A DNA stretch of 64,000 bases from Arcobacteraceae bacterium (GCA_963662945.1 OY759974.1:2368001-2432000); one strand, 5' to 3'; counted from the first letter of the stretch, positions 11,153 through 22,315 are shown. Program-made: numbers and translations. The notes: a model not told the origin generated them from the sequence alone.

Positions 11153-12451
11153 TTAATCTTGTGCATTCTCATCTAAAGTCATACAATCATCATGGTCAAT
11201 GTACGCCATGGTTCTTAGATGACATCTATACTTTTCAATATCGAAATGTTTGATATTTGTTACTCCATCTTCGATAGCAGCTTGTGCTACAGCAGAAGCT
11301 ACCCATACAAGAACTTCTTTGTTAAATGGTTTTGGGATAATATGGTTTTTCCCATATTCTAAAGTCTGATCATTATAAGCAGCTTTTACATAATACGGTA
11401 TTGGTTGTTTTGCTAAATTAGCTAATGCAACAGCTGCAGCCATTTTCATACCTTCAGTTATCTTTTTAGCTTGTACATCTAGTGCACCTCTAAAAATAAA
11501 AGGGAATCCAAGGACATTATTTACTTGGTTTGGATAATCACTTCTTCCTGTTCCTATAATGGCATCATCTCTTACTTCCATAATTTCTTCAGGTAATATT
11601 TCAGGAGTAGGGTTTGCTAATACAAGTATAATTGGATCTTTAGCCATAATTGAAACCATTTTCTTAGATACAGTACCAGCAACACTTAATCCAAGTAATA
11701 CATCAGCATCTTTAAGTGCATCTTCTAAAGTTTCATCTTCAGTTTGAATTACGAATTCTTGTTTATATTTATTTAAATCTTCTCTTTTGTGATTTAACAC
11801 ACCTGTACTATCACACATTATAATATTTTTTGCACCAAGTTTTTTATACATATTAGCACAACTCATTGCAGCACCACCAGCACCACTAATAACAATTTTC
11901 ATATTTTTTATTTTTTTATTTACAAGTTCACTTGCATTTATAAGTGCAGCAGTTGTAATTATAGCAGTTCCATGTTGATCATCATGCATAACAGGTATAT
12001 TGACTCTTTTTTGGAGTTCCTGTTCTATTTCAAAACATTTTGGTGCTTTAATATCTTCTAAGTTGATTCCACCAAAACTAGGAGCAAGGGCAGCACAGAT
12101 ATCAACAATTTTTTTAGGGTCATGTTCATCAAGTTCTATATCTACTCCATCTACGTTTGCAAACTTTTTGAATAATACAACTTTCCCTTCCATTACAGGT
12201 TTTGCGGCAAGTGGCCCAATATCACCTAGTCCAAGTACAGCTGTACCATCACTTATGACAGCTACTAAATTTCCTTTTGCAGTATATTTATATGCAAGTT
12301 GTGGGTCTTTTTCTATTTCTAAACAAGGAACAGCTACTCCTGGAGAATATGCTATTGATAAATCTTTTTGTGTTTCACAATCTTTTGTTACGTGCGTACT
12401 TATCTTTCCACCAAGATGGTAGTGGAGTATCTCTTCATCTGTAATTTTCAT
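11153..12451 (-). CDS. NAD(P)-dependent malic enzyme (no PTA domain)
   Basis: AYSPGVA, GLGDIG, MEGK, NLEDI, HDDQHGT, GRSDYPNQVNN. Confidence 0.93.
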   Translation of the reverse strand: MKITDEEILHYHLGGKISTHVTKDCETQKDLSIAYSPGVAVPCLEIEKDPQLAYKYTAKGNLVAVISDGTAVLGLGDIGPLAAKPVMEGKVVLFKKFANVDGVDIELDEHDPKKIVDICAALAPSFGGINLEDIKAPKCFEIEQELQKRVNIPVMHDDQHGTAIITTAALINASELVNKKIKNMKIVISGAGGAAMSCANMYKKLGAKNIIMCDSTGVLNHKREDLNKYKQEFVIQTEDETLEDALKDADVLLGLSVAGTVSKKMVSIMAKDPIILVLANPTPEILPEEIMEVRDDAIIGTGRSDYPNQVNNVLGFPFIFRGALDVQAKKITEGMKMAAAVALANLAKQPIPYYVKAAYNDQTLEYGKNHIIPKPFNKEVLVWVASAVAQAAIEDGVTNIKHFDIEKYRCHLRTMAYIDHDDCMTLDENAQD

Positions 12452-12506
12452 TATTAACCTTCAGTTTTTTTAAATTATATCAAAAAAACTATAAATCAAT
12501 ATTACA

Positions 12507-13103
12507 TTACTGTCCTGATTCCTCTGTTGATTGAGTATTTCCTTTAAGTTCAGCAATTTTAGCATCTATTAGTTCAAGTGTTTTAGCTTGAGTGTCATAA
12601 GATATTTGAGGTAGTTCTCCTCCCCACATCTCTTGAGCCTCTTCAAATCCTTTTATAATACCTTCTCTTCCTTTTTCTAGTTTCTCTAAGTCATCTCCTG
12701 AAAAACTAAGAACAAAGTCTGCAACTCTTTGAGAAGTTTGAGTTACACCAAAGAATCCATTTTCACTTATTAAAGCTGTTGCTTCATCAGTTGAGAGTTC
12801 AGTGATAGGTTTCCCTTCATAACCGGTATTTGATAGATTAAAAGACTTATCATTACTTTTGCCAGATAAAAAGTCTAGAATACTTTTTTGAGCATCAGTA
12901 TTATTTTTAATTTTATCACTTGCATCCATAGAAAATAGTATAATCTGTGCATTCATCGATAAAGATACTTCTATAGCTGATTTTTCAAGTTGTTCTTCTA
13001 ACGTAAGTTCTTTACTTTGTGTATGTTTAGAGTTTTGTTGAATCGTAGCATTTTGTAAGGCTTTTTCATTTGCTTGAGCGTAGCCATTTGAATTAATCTG
13101 CAT
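12507..13103 (-). CDS. Conserved hypothetical protein (DUF5610-like)
   Basis: GFFGVTQTSQRVADF...GFEEAQEMWGGELP resembles this family as recalled; GGAGG RBS. Confidence 0.6.
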   Translation of the reverse strand: MQINSNGYAQANEKALQNATIQQNSKHTQSKELTLEEQLEKSAIEVSLSMNAQIILFSMDASDKIKNNTDAQKSILDFLSGKSNDKSFNLSNTGYEGKPITELSTDEATALISENGFFGVTQTSQRVADFVLSFSGDDLEKLEKGREGIIKGFEEAQEMWGGELPQISYDTQAKTLELIDAKIAELKGNTQSTEESGQ

Positions 13104-13188
13104 AATTTATTCCTCCAATTTAAGTTATACAGTAATTATAAGATGATTAAATTTAAACTAATATTAAGAAAAGTGATTATATTTGAAA

Positions 13189-13215
13189 ACGTTTTTACCT
13201 TTATAGTAAAAACGT
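13189..13215 (-). terminator. Hairpin downstream of ychF, probable terminator
   Basis: ACGTTTTTAC-ctttata-GTAAAAACGT. Confidence 0.6.
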
Positions 13216-13240
13216 CTTTTCTGGAAGCTATTTTAAGAGG

Positions 13241-14341
13241 TTATACATTAAATCGGAAATGCATTATATCTCCATCTTGAACAACATAATCTTTCCCTTC
13301 AAGTCTAAGTTTTCCAGCTTCTTTACACTTAGCTTCACCACCTAAGCTTACAAAGTCTTCATAAGAGATAACTTCAGCTTTGATGAAACCTTTTTCAAAG
13401 TCATTGTGTATTACAGCTGCTGCCTGTGGGGCTTTTGTCCCTTTTCTAATTGTCCAAGCTCGTACCTCTACTTTACCAGCTGTAAAGTATGATTGTAGAC
13501 CTAATTTATCAAAAGCTGTATGTATGATTTTTTCTAGTCCTGATTCTTCTACACCAAGATCATTTAACATCTCTTTTGCTTCATCATCTTCCATACCTAC
13601 AAGTTCTTCTTCTATTTTTGCACAAAGCATGATTAAATCAGCATTAACACTTGTAGCATGTTCCCTTAACACATCAACAAAAGCATTTCCCTCTACTAAA
13701 CTATCTTCATCTACATTTGCACCATAGATAACATCTTTGTTTGATAAAAATCTTAACTCTTTATCTAATGCTATGAAATCTTCATTTTCTAAATCATCAA
13801 ATGTTTTTACAGGTTGAAGTTGATCAAGATGTTCTGCAACTTTTGTAGCTACATCTAAAATAGCAGCAGCTTTTTTATCAAATTTTGCTTGTTTTTTAAG
13901 TCTTTCTATTTTTTTCTCTAACTGAGTAATATCTGCATAGATAAGTTCAGTTTCAATAATTTCAATATCTCTTAATGGATTTACATCACCCTCAACATGA
14001 GTGATATTTCCATCCTCAAAACATCGTACCATATGTAAGATAACTTCAACTTCTCTAATATTTGATAAAAACTGATTACCAAGACCTTCACCCTTAGAGG
14101 CACCACGTACTAGACCTGCAATATCTACAAAGTCAATTGTTGAGTGTTGAATTTTATCAGGAATAACTATCTTTGCCAATGCATCAAGTCTTTTATCTGG
14201 AACTGGTACTATCGCTTTATTTGGTTCAATAGTACAAAACGGATAGTTTTGAGCCTCCGCATTTTGTGCTTTTGTTAAAGCATTAAAAGTTGTACTTTTA
14301 CCTACGTTTGGAAGTCCTACTATACCTACACCTAATCCCAT
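13241..14341 (-). CDS. ychF: Redox-regulated ATPase YchF
   Basis: GLPNVGKST, NYPFCTIEPN, DIAGLV, C-terminal TGS-type domain ending HFRFNV. Confidence 0.97.
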   Translation of the reverse strand: MGLGVGIVGLPNVGKSTTFNALTKAQNAEAQNYPFCTIEPNKAIVPVPDKRLDALAKIVIPDKIQHSTIDFVDIAGLVRGASKGEGLGNQFLSNIREVEVILHMVRCFEDGNITHVEGDVNPLRDIEIIETELIYADITQLEKKIERLKKQAKFDKKAAAILDVATKVAEHLDQLQPVKTFDDLENEDFIALDKELRFLSNKDVIYGANVDEDSLVEGNAFVDVLREHATSVNADLIMLCAKIEEELVGMEDDEAKEMLNDLGVEESGLEKIIHTAFDKLGLQSYFTAGKVEVRAWTIRKGTKAPQAAAVIHNDFEKGFIKAEVISYEDFVSLGGEAKCKEAGKLRLEGKDYVVQDGDIMHFRFNV

Positions 14342-14403
14342 ATCAAACCTTTTATATTATAATTTATTTTCGCGATTATACTTTAATTTTGGTTAATAGA
14401 TTA

Positions 14404-15642
14404 TTATATTTGTTTTCCAGCTAAATAACCACTACTAAAAGCCCATTGAAGATTGTATCCTCCGCAAGGTCCATCTAAGTCTACAATCTCTCCTGCAAAA
14501 TAAAGTCCGCTAATTATTTTGCTCTCCATTGTTTTTGGGTCAATCTCTTTTAAACTTACACCACCTCTTGTAATCATAGCTTTATCAAAACCATCATGCC
14601 CATTTATTGTAAAAGGTGTCCAAGCTAATAGTTTGACAAGTTTGTTTTTTGCACTTCCATTGATAGTTTTAAAAGTTTGTGAAGGGTTTATTTCACATAT
14701 TTTACATATTTCGATGATAACACTTGTTGGTAAAAGTTTTTTTAATTGTTCCTCTGTGGAATTTTGTGGATTTTTTGTAATTTCATTTTTAATATGCTGT
14801 AGAATATCATCTTCATTCATACCTTTTGTAAGATTAATAAGTATTGGTACCTCTTTGTATGTATCTAAATAAGGTGTTATCTCTCTTGCAAAATCAAGTA
14901 TTACAGGACCTCTTAATCCTTTTTTTGTAAATATTAAATCACCAGTAGCTTTGAGCTTTTTGATTTTATTTTCATTAGAATCAACTTTAATAGTGACTTT
15001 CGCAATAGTATCAGCTGTACAGTTTTCCTGCCATCTTTCAACTGTATGTAGAGGCATCATTGCTGGATAGATATTGGTAATAGTGTGACCTAATTTTTTT
15101 ACGATCTCATATCCATCACCAGTTGAACCAAGAGTAGGGTAGCCTAGTCCACCTGATGCTAAAATTATTTTATTTGTATGAAATAGATTATTTTGAGTTC
15201 TTATAGCTTTGATTTGATTTTGTTTTGTAATAATCTCTTCCACTTTTTGATTGGTTTGTATTGATACATTGAGTTTAAGAAGTTCATTTTTTAAAGCATC
15301 AATAATGGTATTTGAATTGTGTGTAGTAGGAAAAATACGAAAACCATCTGGTATATGAGTTTCAACACCAATCTCTTTAAAAAACACAATAAGTTGGTTA
15401 TAGTCAAGTGTCTCTAAAGCATCTCTCATAAATCTTCCATTTTTTCCAAATGACTTCATAAAAGTTTCATTATCCAGTGTATTACTTAGATTACATCTAC
15501 CTCCACCAGTAGCTTTTAGTTTTGAAGCTATTTGAGGAAGTTTTTCTAAAAGTAGGGTAGTTTTGTTGTTTCTTGCTGATTGAATTGCTGCAATAAGACC
15601 TGCTGCACCACTACCAACTACAATAACATCATAATGTGTCAT
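14404..15642 (-). CDS. HI0933/BaiN family flavoprotein
   Basis: GSGAAG, KATGGGRCN, TRGGV, GEIVDLDGPCGGYNLQWA. Confidence 0.9.
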   Translation of the reverse strand: MTHYDVIVVGSGAAGLIAAIQSARNNKTTLLLEKLPQIASKLKATGGGRCNLSNTLDNETFMKSFGKNGRFMRDALETLDYNQLIVFFKEIGVETHIPDGFRIFPTTHNSNTIIDALKNELLKLNVSIQTNQKVEEIITKQNQIKAIRTQNNLFHTNKIILASGGLGYPTLGSTGDGYEIVKKLGHTITNIYPAMMPLHTVERWQENCTADTIAKVTIKVDSNENKIKKLKATGDLIFTKKGLRGPVILDFAREITPYLDTYKEVPILINLTKGMNEDDILQHIKNEITKNPQNSTEEQLKKLLPTSVIIEICKICEINPSQTFKTINGSAKNKLVKLLAWTPFTINGHDGFDKAMITRGGVSLKEIDPKTMESKIISGLYFAGEIVDLDGPCGGYNLQWAFSSGYLAGKQI

Positions 15643-16547
15643 TTTTTTCTTGCTTTTAAGTAAGCTCTTTTTGGTGCTGGATACCCTTCAATAGTTTTAT
15701 TTTTATCATTTGGATCAAGGAAGTTATCTAAACTTTGTTCAAATGTCCAAGGTGTAACTCTTTGTTCATTTGCATCTGTTTTAGTAATCTCTATAAGTTC
15801 TATATCTTTAAATCCTGCGCGATGAAGCCAATTTTTAAAGCAATTGACTGTTGGGATAAAATAGATATTTGGAATCATCGCATATCTTTCTTTTGGAACT
15901 AAACACACTTCATCAACTCCCTCTATCATAAAACTATCAACAATGATTTCTCCATCTTTATTTAAAGCTCTATTTAAAGATTTTAAAGAAGCAATTGGAT
16001 CACTTCTATGATAAAGAACACCAAGCATAAAAATAAAATCAAATTTATGTTCATAATATTCAAGATGTTCAACACCTAACATCTCATATTTTATATCACT
16101 TTTGACAAAATGGTTTACTATATCAAATTGTGTTTTAAATACAGCAGATGGATCAAAACCTACAAGTTTCTTTGGTTTTTGAGAAAGCATTCTAAACATA
16201 TAATATCCATTATTACAACCTACATCAGCAACAATTTTATCTTTTAAGTTAAAATGTTTTTCTAGCAAATTATATTTTAAATTACTTTGCCATTCGCTAT
16301 CAATTTTTATATCACACAGAGTAAATGGTCCCTTCCTCCAAGGGATAAGTGCTCTAAGATTTTCATATAAAAACTGTGTTTCTTCTTGTGATAAGTTTTT
16401 ATGAACAGTGACCCAGTCATTTTCTATAATAATATCAGCATTATTTGCATCAATTGTTTGAATATTTGTTAAAGCTTCTCTCATGGGAACTATGTTTTTC
16501 CATTGAAGCCATTTTTCCCGTTCTTGTCGTATCATATCTAAATTCAT
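15639..16547 (-). CDS. cmoB: tRNA U34 carboxymethyltransferase
   Basis: PWRKGPF, IDSEWQS, DVGCNNGYY, GVLYHR, TIEGYPAPKR. Confidence 0.94.
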   Translation of the reverse strand: MNLDMIRQEREKWLQWKNIVPMREALTNIQTIDANNADIIIENDWVTVHKNLSQEETQFLYENLRALIPWRKGPFTLCDIKIDSEWQSNLKYNLLEKHFNLKDKIVADVGCNNGYYMFRMLSQKPKKLVGFDPSAVFKTQFDIVNHFVKSDIKYEMLGVEHLEYYEHKFDFIFMLGVLYHRSDPIASLKSLNRALNKDGEIIVDSFMIEGVDEVCLVPKERYAMIPNIYFIPTVNCFKNWLHRAGFKDIELIEITKTDANEQRVTPWTFEQSLDNFLDPNDKNKTIEGYPAPKRAYLKARKK

Positions 16548-16621
16548 AATGTAAGTTTACTTTAATATTCTTAAAGTTGATTTTAACTATAATCACAAAA
16601 AAAATAAAATAAGGATAAATT

Positions 16622-18505
16622 TTGAGTAAAATAAGATTTTCTTATATTTTTATTGCTTCAATTTTTTCTTTTTTATTATTAACATTCACTTATTATCAAA
16701 AAACACATGATATGGCTGTTGAAAATGCTAAAATTAAAATAAATGAGCTTTTATTAAATTATGAAGCAGTTCGGGCATATGTAAGTAAAATACAAAAAGA
16801 AGAAGTATATTTATTACAGAAAAAAGGGATTGTTGATAAAGAGTATTTTAGTCCAGCATTATTATCTTCAACTTTTAGTGCCAAAAATGTTAATATTTTT
16901 TATAATGAATTTAAATCCAAACTTCATCAAAGTCCAATCACAATTCGATTTGCTAGTGATAATCCAAGAAATATTGGAAATAAAGCTACTAAAAAAGAAT
17001 CAAAAATCTTAGAACAGTTTAATAAAAAAGAGATTCAAGAGTTTAGTGAAATCATAGATAAAGATGGTGAACCGATTTTATATTATGTTTTACCAACAAA
17101 ACCAACTACTGACAAATGTATGAAGTGTCACTCTGATCCAAGTTTAGCGCCAAGAGGATTAATAGAAATCTATGGAGATAAAAATGGATTTTATGAAAAA
17201 GTTGGAACAATTAGAGCAGCATTATCTACAACTTATCCTTTAAAAAATGATTTTCAAAGTGCAAATCGTACATTTTCTATCTTGACTTTAGTAACTTTTA
17301 TAATATTTACTGGATTACTTATTTTAGTATATTTTTTTACAAGAAAAATTCATGAGGCAAATGTTACTTTAGATAAAAAAGTTATTCAAAGAACAAAAGA
17401 ACTTAAAGAAGAGCAAGAACATATGAAAGCTATTTTGGACATTAATCCAAATATTATTATAGTGATGAATAATGATAAAATTATTAGTGCAAATAAACAG
17501 TTTTTTAAGTTTTTTCAATGTAAATCAATCGAAGAATTTACTAATAAATATAAATCTATTAATAATTTTATAGTTGAAATTGATAAAAAAGTTTTACCTG
17601 ATAATAATCAAATTGATGGGATGGTTTGGTATGAATATTTAGCCAATGTAGAAAAAAAAATACATCATGTTGCCATAGATTTTAATGGGGTTAGAAGTTG
17701 TTTTCTTACAAGCGCAACACATTTTAGTAATCAAGGAGATATATTAATAACTTGCAATGATATAACAGAGCAAATTAACAAAGATAAACTTCTTCATGAG
17801 CAAACAAAGTTAGCTGCTATGGGTGAAATGATAGGAAATATTGCTCATCAATGGAGACAACCATTATCTGTAATATCAACAAGTTCTACAGGAATGCAAC
17901 TTCAAAAAGAGCATAATATGTTAGATGATGATAAATTTTATGAATATTGTGAGATTATAAATGATAATGTTCAATATCTTTCAAAAACAATAGATGATTT
18001 TAGAGATTTTATTAAAACAGATAAAGAGAAAACAAATTTTATATTGGCTGATAGTGTGAATAGTTTTTTAAAATTAGTAGATGGCTCTATTAAAAGTGAT
18101 AATATTAATGTAGTATTAGATATTGATAAAGATATTGAACTATTTGGTTATCCAAATGAGTTAGTACAATGCTTTATGAATCTTTTTAATAATTCAAAAG
18201 ATGCATTAGAAAATATTCTTGAAGAGGAACGATATATTTTTATAACAATTAAAAAAAGTACTAATCAAATAATTATTTATTTTAGAGATAGTGCAGGGGG
18301 AATTGCTCCAAATATTCAATCAAAAATATTTGAACCGTACTTTACTACAAAACATCAATCACAAGGTACAGGACTTGGTTTGCATATGGTATATACTATG
18401 ATAGTAGATAGTATGAATGGAACAATTGAACTAAATAATGTAGATTATGAATATGAAAATAAAAACTTAACAGGTGCGGAGTTTATTATTAGATTTACTC
18501 TGTAA
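16622..18505 (+). CDS. Sensor histidine kinase with periplasmic c-type heme (DUF3365-like) domain and PAS-like region
   Basis: Two TM segments flanking SDNPRN...CMKCH; H-box IAHQWRQPL; FEPYFTTK, GTGLGL. Confidence 0.88.
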   Translation: MSKIRFSYIFIASIFSFLLLTFTYYQKTHDMAVENAKIKINELLLNYEAVRAYVSKIQKEEVYLLQKKGIVDKEYFSPALLSSTFSAKNVNIFYNEFKSKLHQSPITIRFASDNPRNIGNKATKKESKILEQFNKKEIQEFSEIIDKDGEPILYYVLPTKPTTDKCMKCHSDPSLAPRGLIEIYGDKNGFYEKVGTIRAALSTTYPLKNDFQSANRTFSILTLVTFIIFTGLLILVYFFTRKIHEANVTLDKKVIQRTKELKEEQEHMKAILDINPNIIIVMNNDKIISANKQFFKFFQCKSIEEFTNKYKSINNFIVEIDKKVLPDNNQIDGMVWYEYLANVEKKIHHVAIDFNGVRSCFLTSATHFSNQGDILITCNDITEQINKDKLLHEQTKLAAMGEMIGNIAHQWRQPLSVISTSSTGMQLQKEHNMLDDDKFYEYCEIINDNVQYLSKTIDDFRDFIKTDKEKTNFILADSVNSFLKLVDGSIKSDNINVVLDIDKDIELFGYPNELVQCFMNLFNNSKDALENILEEERYIFITIKKSTNQIIIYFRDSAGGIAPNIQSKIFEPYFTTKHQSQGTGLGLHMVYTMIVDSMNGTIELNNVDYEYENKNLTGAEFIIRFTL

Positions 18506-18607
18506 AACTTTATTTTAGCTTCCCTGAGAAGACTAATCTCTATAAATTACTGCTAAAGATAAACTTCTTTTGTTATAATCTCCCATTATTTTTATATAAG
18601 GATTTTT

Positions 18608-21349
18608 ATGGGTTTAGTAGTAAAAAAAATTGCTGATATATTGTTCTCTTATTGGACAATGTTAGGTCTGTTTGTACTTTTAGGTGCGGGAGCTGGTGTT
18701 GCAACATTTATAGAAAATGATTTTGGAACATCAACTGCGAGAGTTTTAGTTTATAATCATATATGGTATGAAATTGTTATGACACTTGCTGCTATCAATT
18801 TATTAGGTATCATATATAGAAGAAAAATGTGGAGACAAAAGGCAAAATTTATATTTCATATTTCATTTGTAATTATGTTAATAGGTGCTGGAATAACTCG
18901 ATATGTTGGATATGAAGGTATTATGCATATTAAAGAGGGACAAACACAAAATGAGATGATATCTTTAGAGCCTTATTTACAAATAACTATTAATGACAAT
19001 GGAAAAATCTATTATGCAGAATTTCAAAAAGAGTTTAGTGCAATAGGGAGTAACTATTTTAATCATAATATTGAATTTGGTAATAAAACTCTAAATGTAC
19101 AATTAGATAGTTATAAGTTTGCTAAAAAAGCAAAAGCTACTATGAACCTTATTGGAACTAAGTTTACAATCGATGGGGAAGAAAAAGTAGAAAAACTTGT
19201 TGGTCAACGTGGAAGTCAAGGATTAACAAGAGAGATTAACTTTAAAAATAATATTCAAGTAATAGCAACATATGGTTCAAAACCTTTAACAGTACCATTT
19301 GCAATAAAACTGAATGATTTTCAATTAGAAAGATATCCAGGAAGTATGTCTCCATCATCATACGCTAGTGAAGTAACTCTTATAGATAAAGCAAATAATG
19401 TACAATTTGATTATAGAATATTTATGAATTCAACACTTAAATATGGTGGTTTTCAATTTTTTCAAAGTTCTTATGACCCAGATGAAACTGGAACAATTCT
19501 TTCTGTGAATAATGACCCAGGAACTATCCCTACATATTTAGGATATTTTTTACTAGCTTTAGGACTTTTAATGAACATGTTTGATAAAAAATCAAGATTT
19601 GCAAAACTTATTAACTATACAAAACAGTTTAATAGTATTGCTTTAGTATTAATGGCAACAGTTTTTCTTTCAAACACATCTTATGCTACAGAAACACAAA
19701 ACCCAACTATTAGTTATTTAGAGAAATATAAAGTTGAGTCTGTTGAAACGGCAAAATTATTTGGTAATTTAGTAACTCAATCAAGTATGGGAAGAATGAA
19801 ACCAGTGGATTCACTTAATAGAGAAATACTGAATAAATTAGCAAGAAAAAGTTCATTTTTAGGGATGAATCCCAATCAAGTAGTACTAGGTATGATAACA
19901 CGACCAGAAATTTGGAGAGATTTAAAAATGTTAAAAATAACAACTCCAAAACTTAAAAAAGAATTAGGACTTGATGAGAGTAGAAAATATGTAGCTTTCT
20001 CAGAAATGTTTACTCCAGAAGGAGAATATAAATTAAAAAAATACATTAATGATGTAAATGCAATGAATCCAAACCAAAGAGGTACCTTTGAAAAAGATAT
20101 TTTAAAACTTGACGAAAGATTAAATATTGCCTATATGGTATATTTTGGAAATTTATTTAATATATTTCCACGACCTGATGATGGACATAATCATGATGCT
20201 ACTAAATGGTACACACCAATAGATGCTATGGACCAGTTTCATGATAAAGATAAAGAAATTGTGCAGCTTATGGTAAGAGGCTTTATTGATAATGTTGTAG
20301 CTCAAAAGTATGAAGATGCAAATAAATATATCGGTTTGATTGGGCAATATCAAAGAAAAATAGGAAAAGATATAATACCATCGGAAGATGTAATAAATAG
20401 TGAAATTTTATTTAATGAACTTTCAGTATTTTCTCAATTAACATTAGCTTATATACTTCTTGGTGTAGTTTTATTTATTGTTTCATTTTTAACAGTATTT
20501 AATAAAAATTGGTCTTCGAAAAAATTGAATACTGCTATATTTGTAATACTTGCAGTATTATTTGCAATACATACTTTTGGTATGGGACATAGATGGTATA
20601 TAAGTGGTCATGCACCTTGGAGTGATACTTATGAATCATTAGTATATATAGCTTGGTCTGTTATGTTTGCAGGGGTAATTTTCTTTAGAAAATCGCTTAT
20701 GGCATTAAGTGCTACGGTTGTGATGGCTGGAGTGTTTATGTTTACAGCACATTTAACAGGTATTGATCCTCAAATAACAAATCTAGTGCCAGTACTAAAA
20801 TCATATTGGCTTACAATTCATGTATCTATTATCACAGGTTCTTATGGATTTTTAGCAATTGGGGCAATGCTTGGATTTATGTCTATGGTGTTATTTATAT
20901 TTAGAAGTCCAAATAAACCACATATAGATCAAAATATTAATCATATCACAGCTATAAATGAAGCAGCCTTGATTTTAGGACTTGCAGCTTTAGTAGTTGG
21001 AAACTTTATAGGTGGAGTTTGGGCAAATGAATCTTGGGGAAGATACTGGGGCTGGGATCCAAAAGAGACTTGGGCTTATGTTGCTATAGTGTTTTATGCT
21101 TTTGTAATACATCTTAGATTTATTCCAAAATTAAATACACCATATGTATTTGCAGTTGCTTCAACTTGGGTTTTCTCAACTGTACTTATGACATATTTTG
21201 GAGTAAACTTCTATCTTAGTGGTATGCACTCTTATGCAACAGGAGATCCAGTACCAATTCCTACTTGGGCTTATGTATTGACAACTATAGTCTTTATAGT
21301 TACAGTACTTGCAGGTAGAAAAAGAGATTTACCAAAATTAAAAGTATAA
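18608..21349 (+). CDS. ccsA: Fused cytochrome c synthase CcsBA (system II)
   Basis: ResB-like N-terminal half; LKSYWLTIHV; WWD domain WANESWGRYWGWDPKETW; GMHSYA. Confidence 0.93.
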   Translation: MGLVVKKIADILFSYWTMLGLFVLLGAGAGVATFIENDFGTSTARVLVYNHIWYEIVMTLAAINLLGIIYRRKMWRQKAKFIFHISFVIMLIGAGITRYVGYEGIMHIKEGQTQNEMISLEPYLQITINDNGKIYYAEFQKEFSAIGSNYFNHNIEFGNKTLNVQLDSYKFAKKAKATMNLIGTKFTIDGEEKVEKLVGQRGSQGLTREINFKNNIQVIATYGSKPLTVPFAIKLNDFQLERYPGSMSPSSYASEVTLIDKANNVQFDYRIFMNSTLKYGGFQFFQSSYDPDETGTILSVNNDPGTIPTYLGYFLLALGLLMNMFDKKSRFAKLINYTKQFNSIALVLMATVFLSNTSYATETQNPTISYLEKYKVESVETAKLFGNLVTQSSMGRMKPVDSLNREILNKLARKSSFLGMNPNQVVLGMITRPEIWRDLKMLKITTPKLKKELGLDESRKYVAFSEMFTPEGEYKLKKYINDVNAMNPNQRGTFEKDILKLDERLNIAYMVYFGNLFNIFPRPDDGHNHDATKWYTPIDAMDQFHDKDKEIVQLMVRGFIDNVVAQKYEDANKYIGLIGQYQRKIGKDIIPSEDVINSEILFNELSVFSQLTLAYILLGVVLFIVSFLTVFNKNWSSKKLNTAIFVILAVLFAIHTFGMGHRWYISGHAPWSDTYESLVYIAWSVMFAGVIFFRKSLMALSATVVMAGVFMFTAHLTGIDPQITNLVPVLKSYWLTIHVSIITGSYGFLAIGAMLGFMSMVLFIFRSPNKPHIDQNINHITAINEAALILGLAALVVGNFIGGVWANESWGRYWGWDPKETWAYVAIVFYAFVIHLRFIPKLNTPYVFAVASTWVFSTVLMTYFGVNFYLSGMHSYATGDPVPIPTWAYVLTTIVFIVTVLAGRKRDLPKLKV

Positions 21350-21378
21350 AAAAAGGTGGTCATTTGACCACCTTTTTT
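21349..21378. terminator. Bidirectional intrinsic terminator
   Basis: A run, GGTGGTC-attt-GACCACC, T run, between convergent genes. Confidence 0.88.
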
Positions 21379-22255
21379 ATTTCCCTATTTTTATAACACT
21401 TTTTAAAAGCTGATAGAGTAAAAATAAAAATATAAGTGGAAAAAAGATAGTTTTAAAGCTAAATGCAATAATAAGATTTAAAATATAATCACTTGTTTTC
21501 TCTGTTGTATCTTGATACTCTTTTACTTTTGTTTTATAATAGTCTAAATTAAAAATATTATTTGTTACACTATTAAATGATTGTTTTACAGAATCGTACA
21601 AGCTTTCATTTTTAGGAGAAATAGTTTCTTTATCTGTAATAGTTTTATTTGTAATATTATTTATATCTTTTGAAGATTGCTCAATGAGATTTTTACTTAT
21701 CTCTATATTATAATCATTTTTAACATAATGTTCATAGACAAAACTATTTAGCATAGACATTATAGGTATACTAAATCGTAAAAATATTAAAACTATTGTG
21801 ACTCGAAAAAATATATCTCTAATTTTTATATCATTTGAAAATCTCACAAACATCCAGATGTTCAGAATAATAATAGCTATGACAACTATTAAGGTAAAAA
21901 TATCTCCAGTAACGAAATTTAAAAGTATTTTTTGAATTCCTAAAGATGTTATACTAGCTAACATTATCCAAGAAAATTGCTCGACTAAATCGTTGATGGG
22001 ATCTAATACTTCACCAATACTAATAGTGAGTAATGGAGCATTTATCTCTGTACCTTGGGCTAAAGAGATAGCACCATTGAGACCTTTTGCAACTGCAAAT
22101 ACTTTAATTGCATTACTTAAAGAGTCCTCAACTATTGTTTCACCTTTTTTATCTATATCAATGCTATATGATACGAAAACAATAATAAATGAGAGTAGAA
22201 CAATGAATATTTTGTTGAGATTTGATGATTGATATTTTGTGACTTCTTGTAGCAT
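21377..22255 (-). CDS. Hypothetical membrane protein
   Basis: 292-aa ORF with several hydrophobic segments and AGGA RBS; no function recognised. Confidence 0.75.
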   Translation of the reverse strand: MLQEVTKYQSSNLNKIFIVLLSFIIVFVSYSIDIDKKGETIVEDSLSNAIKVFAVAKGLNGAISLAQGTEINAPLLTISIGEVLDPINDLVEQFSWIMLASITSLGIQKILLNFVTGDIFTLIVVIAIIILNIWMFVRFSNDIKIRDIFFRVTIVLIFLRFSIPIMSMLNSFVYEHYVKNDYNIEISKNLIEQSSKDINNITNKTITDKETISPKNESLYDSVKQSFNSVTNNIFNLDYYKTKVKEYQDTTEKTSDYILNLIIAFSFKTIFFPLIFLFLLYQLLKSVIKIGK

Positions 22256-22315
22256 AGTTTATTCCTATATCGCATTTGTATTAATTATACTGAAAGTATA
22301 TAATAAAGAAGATAT

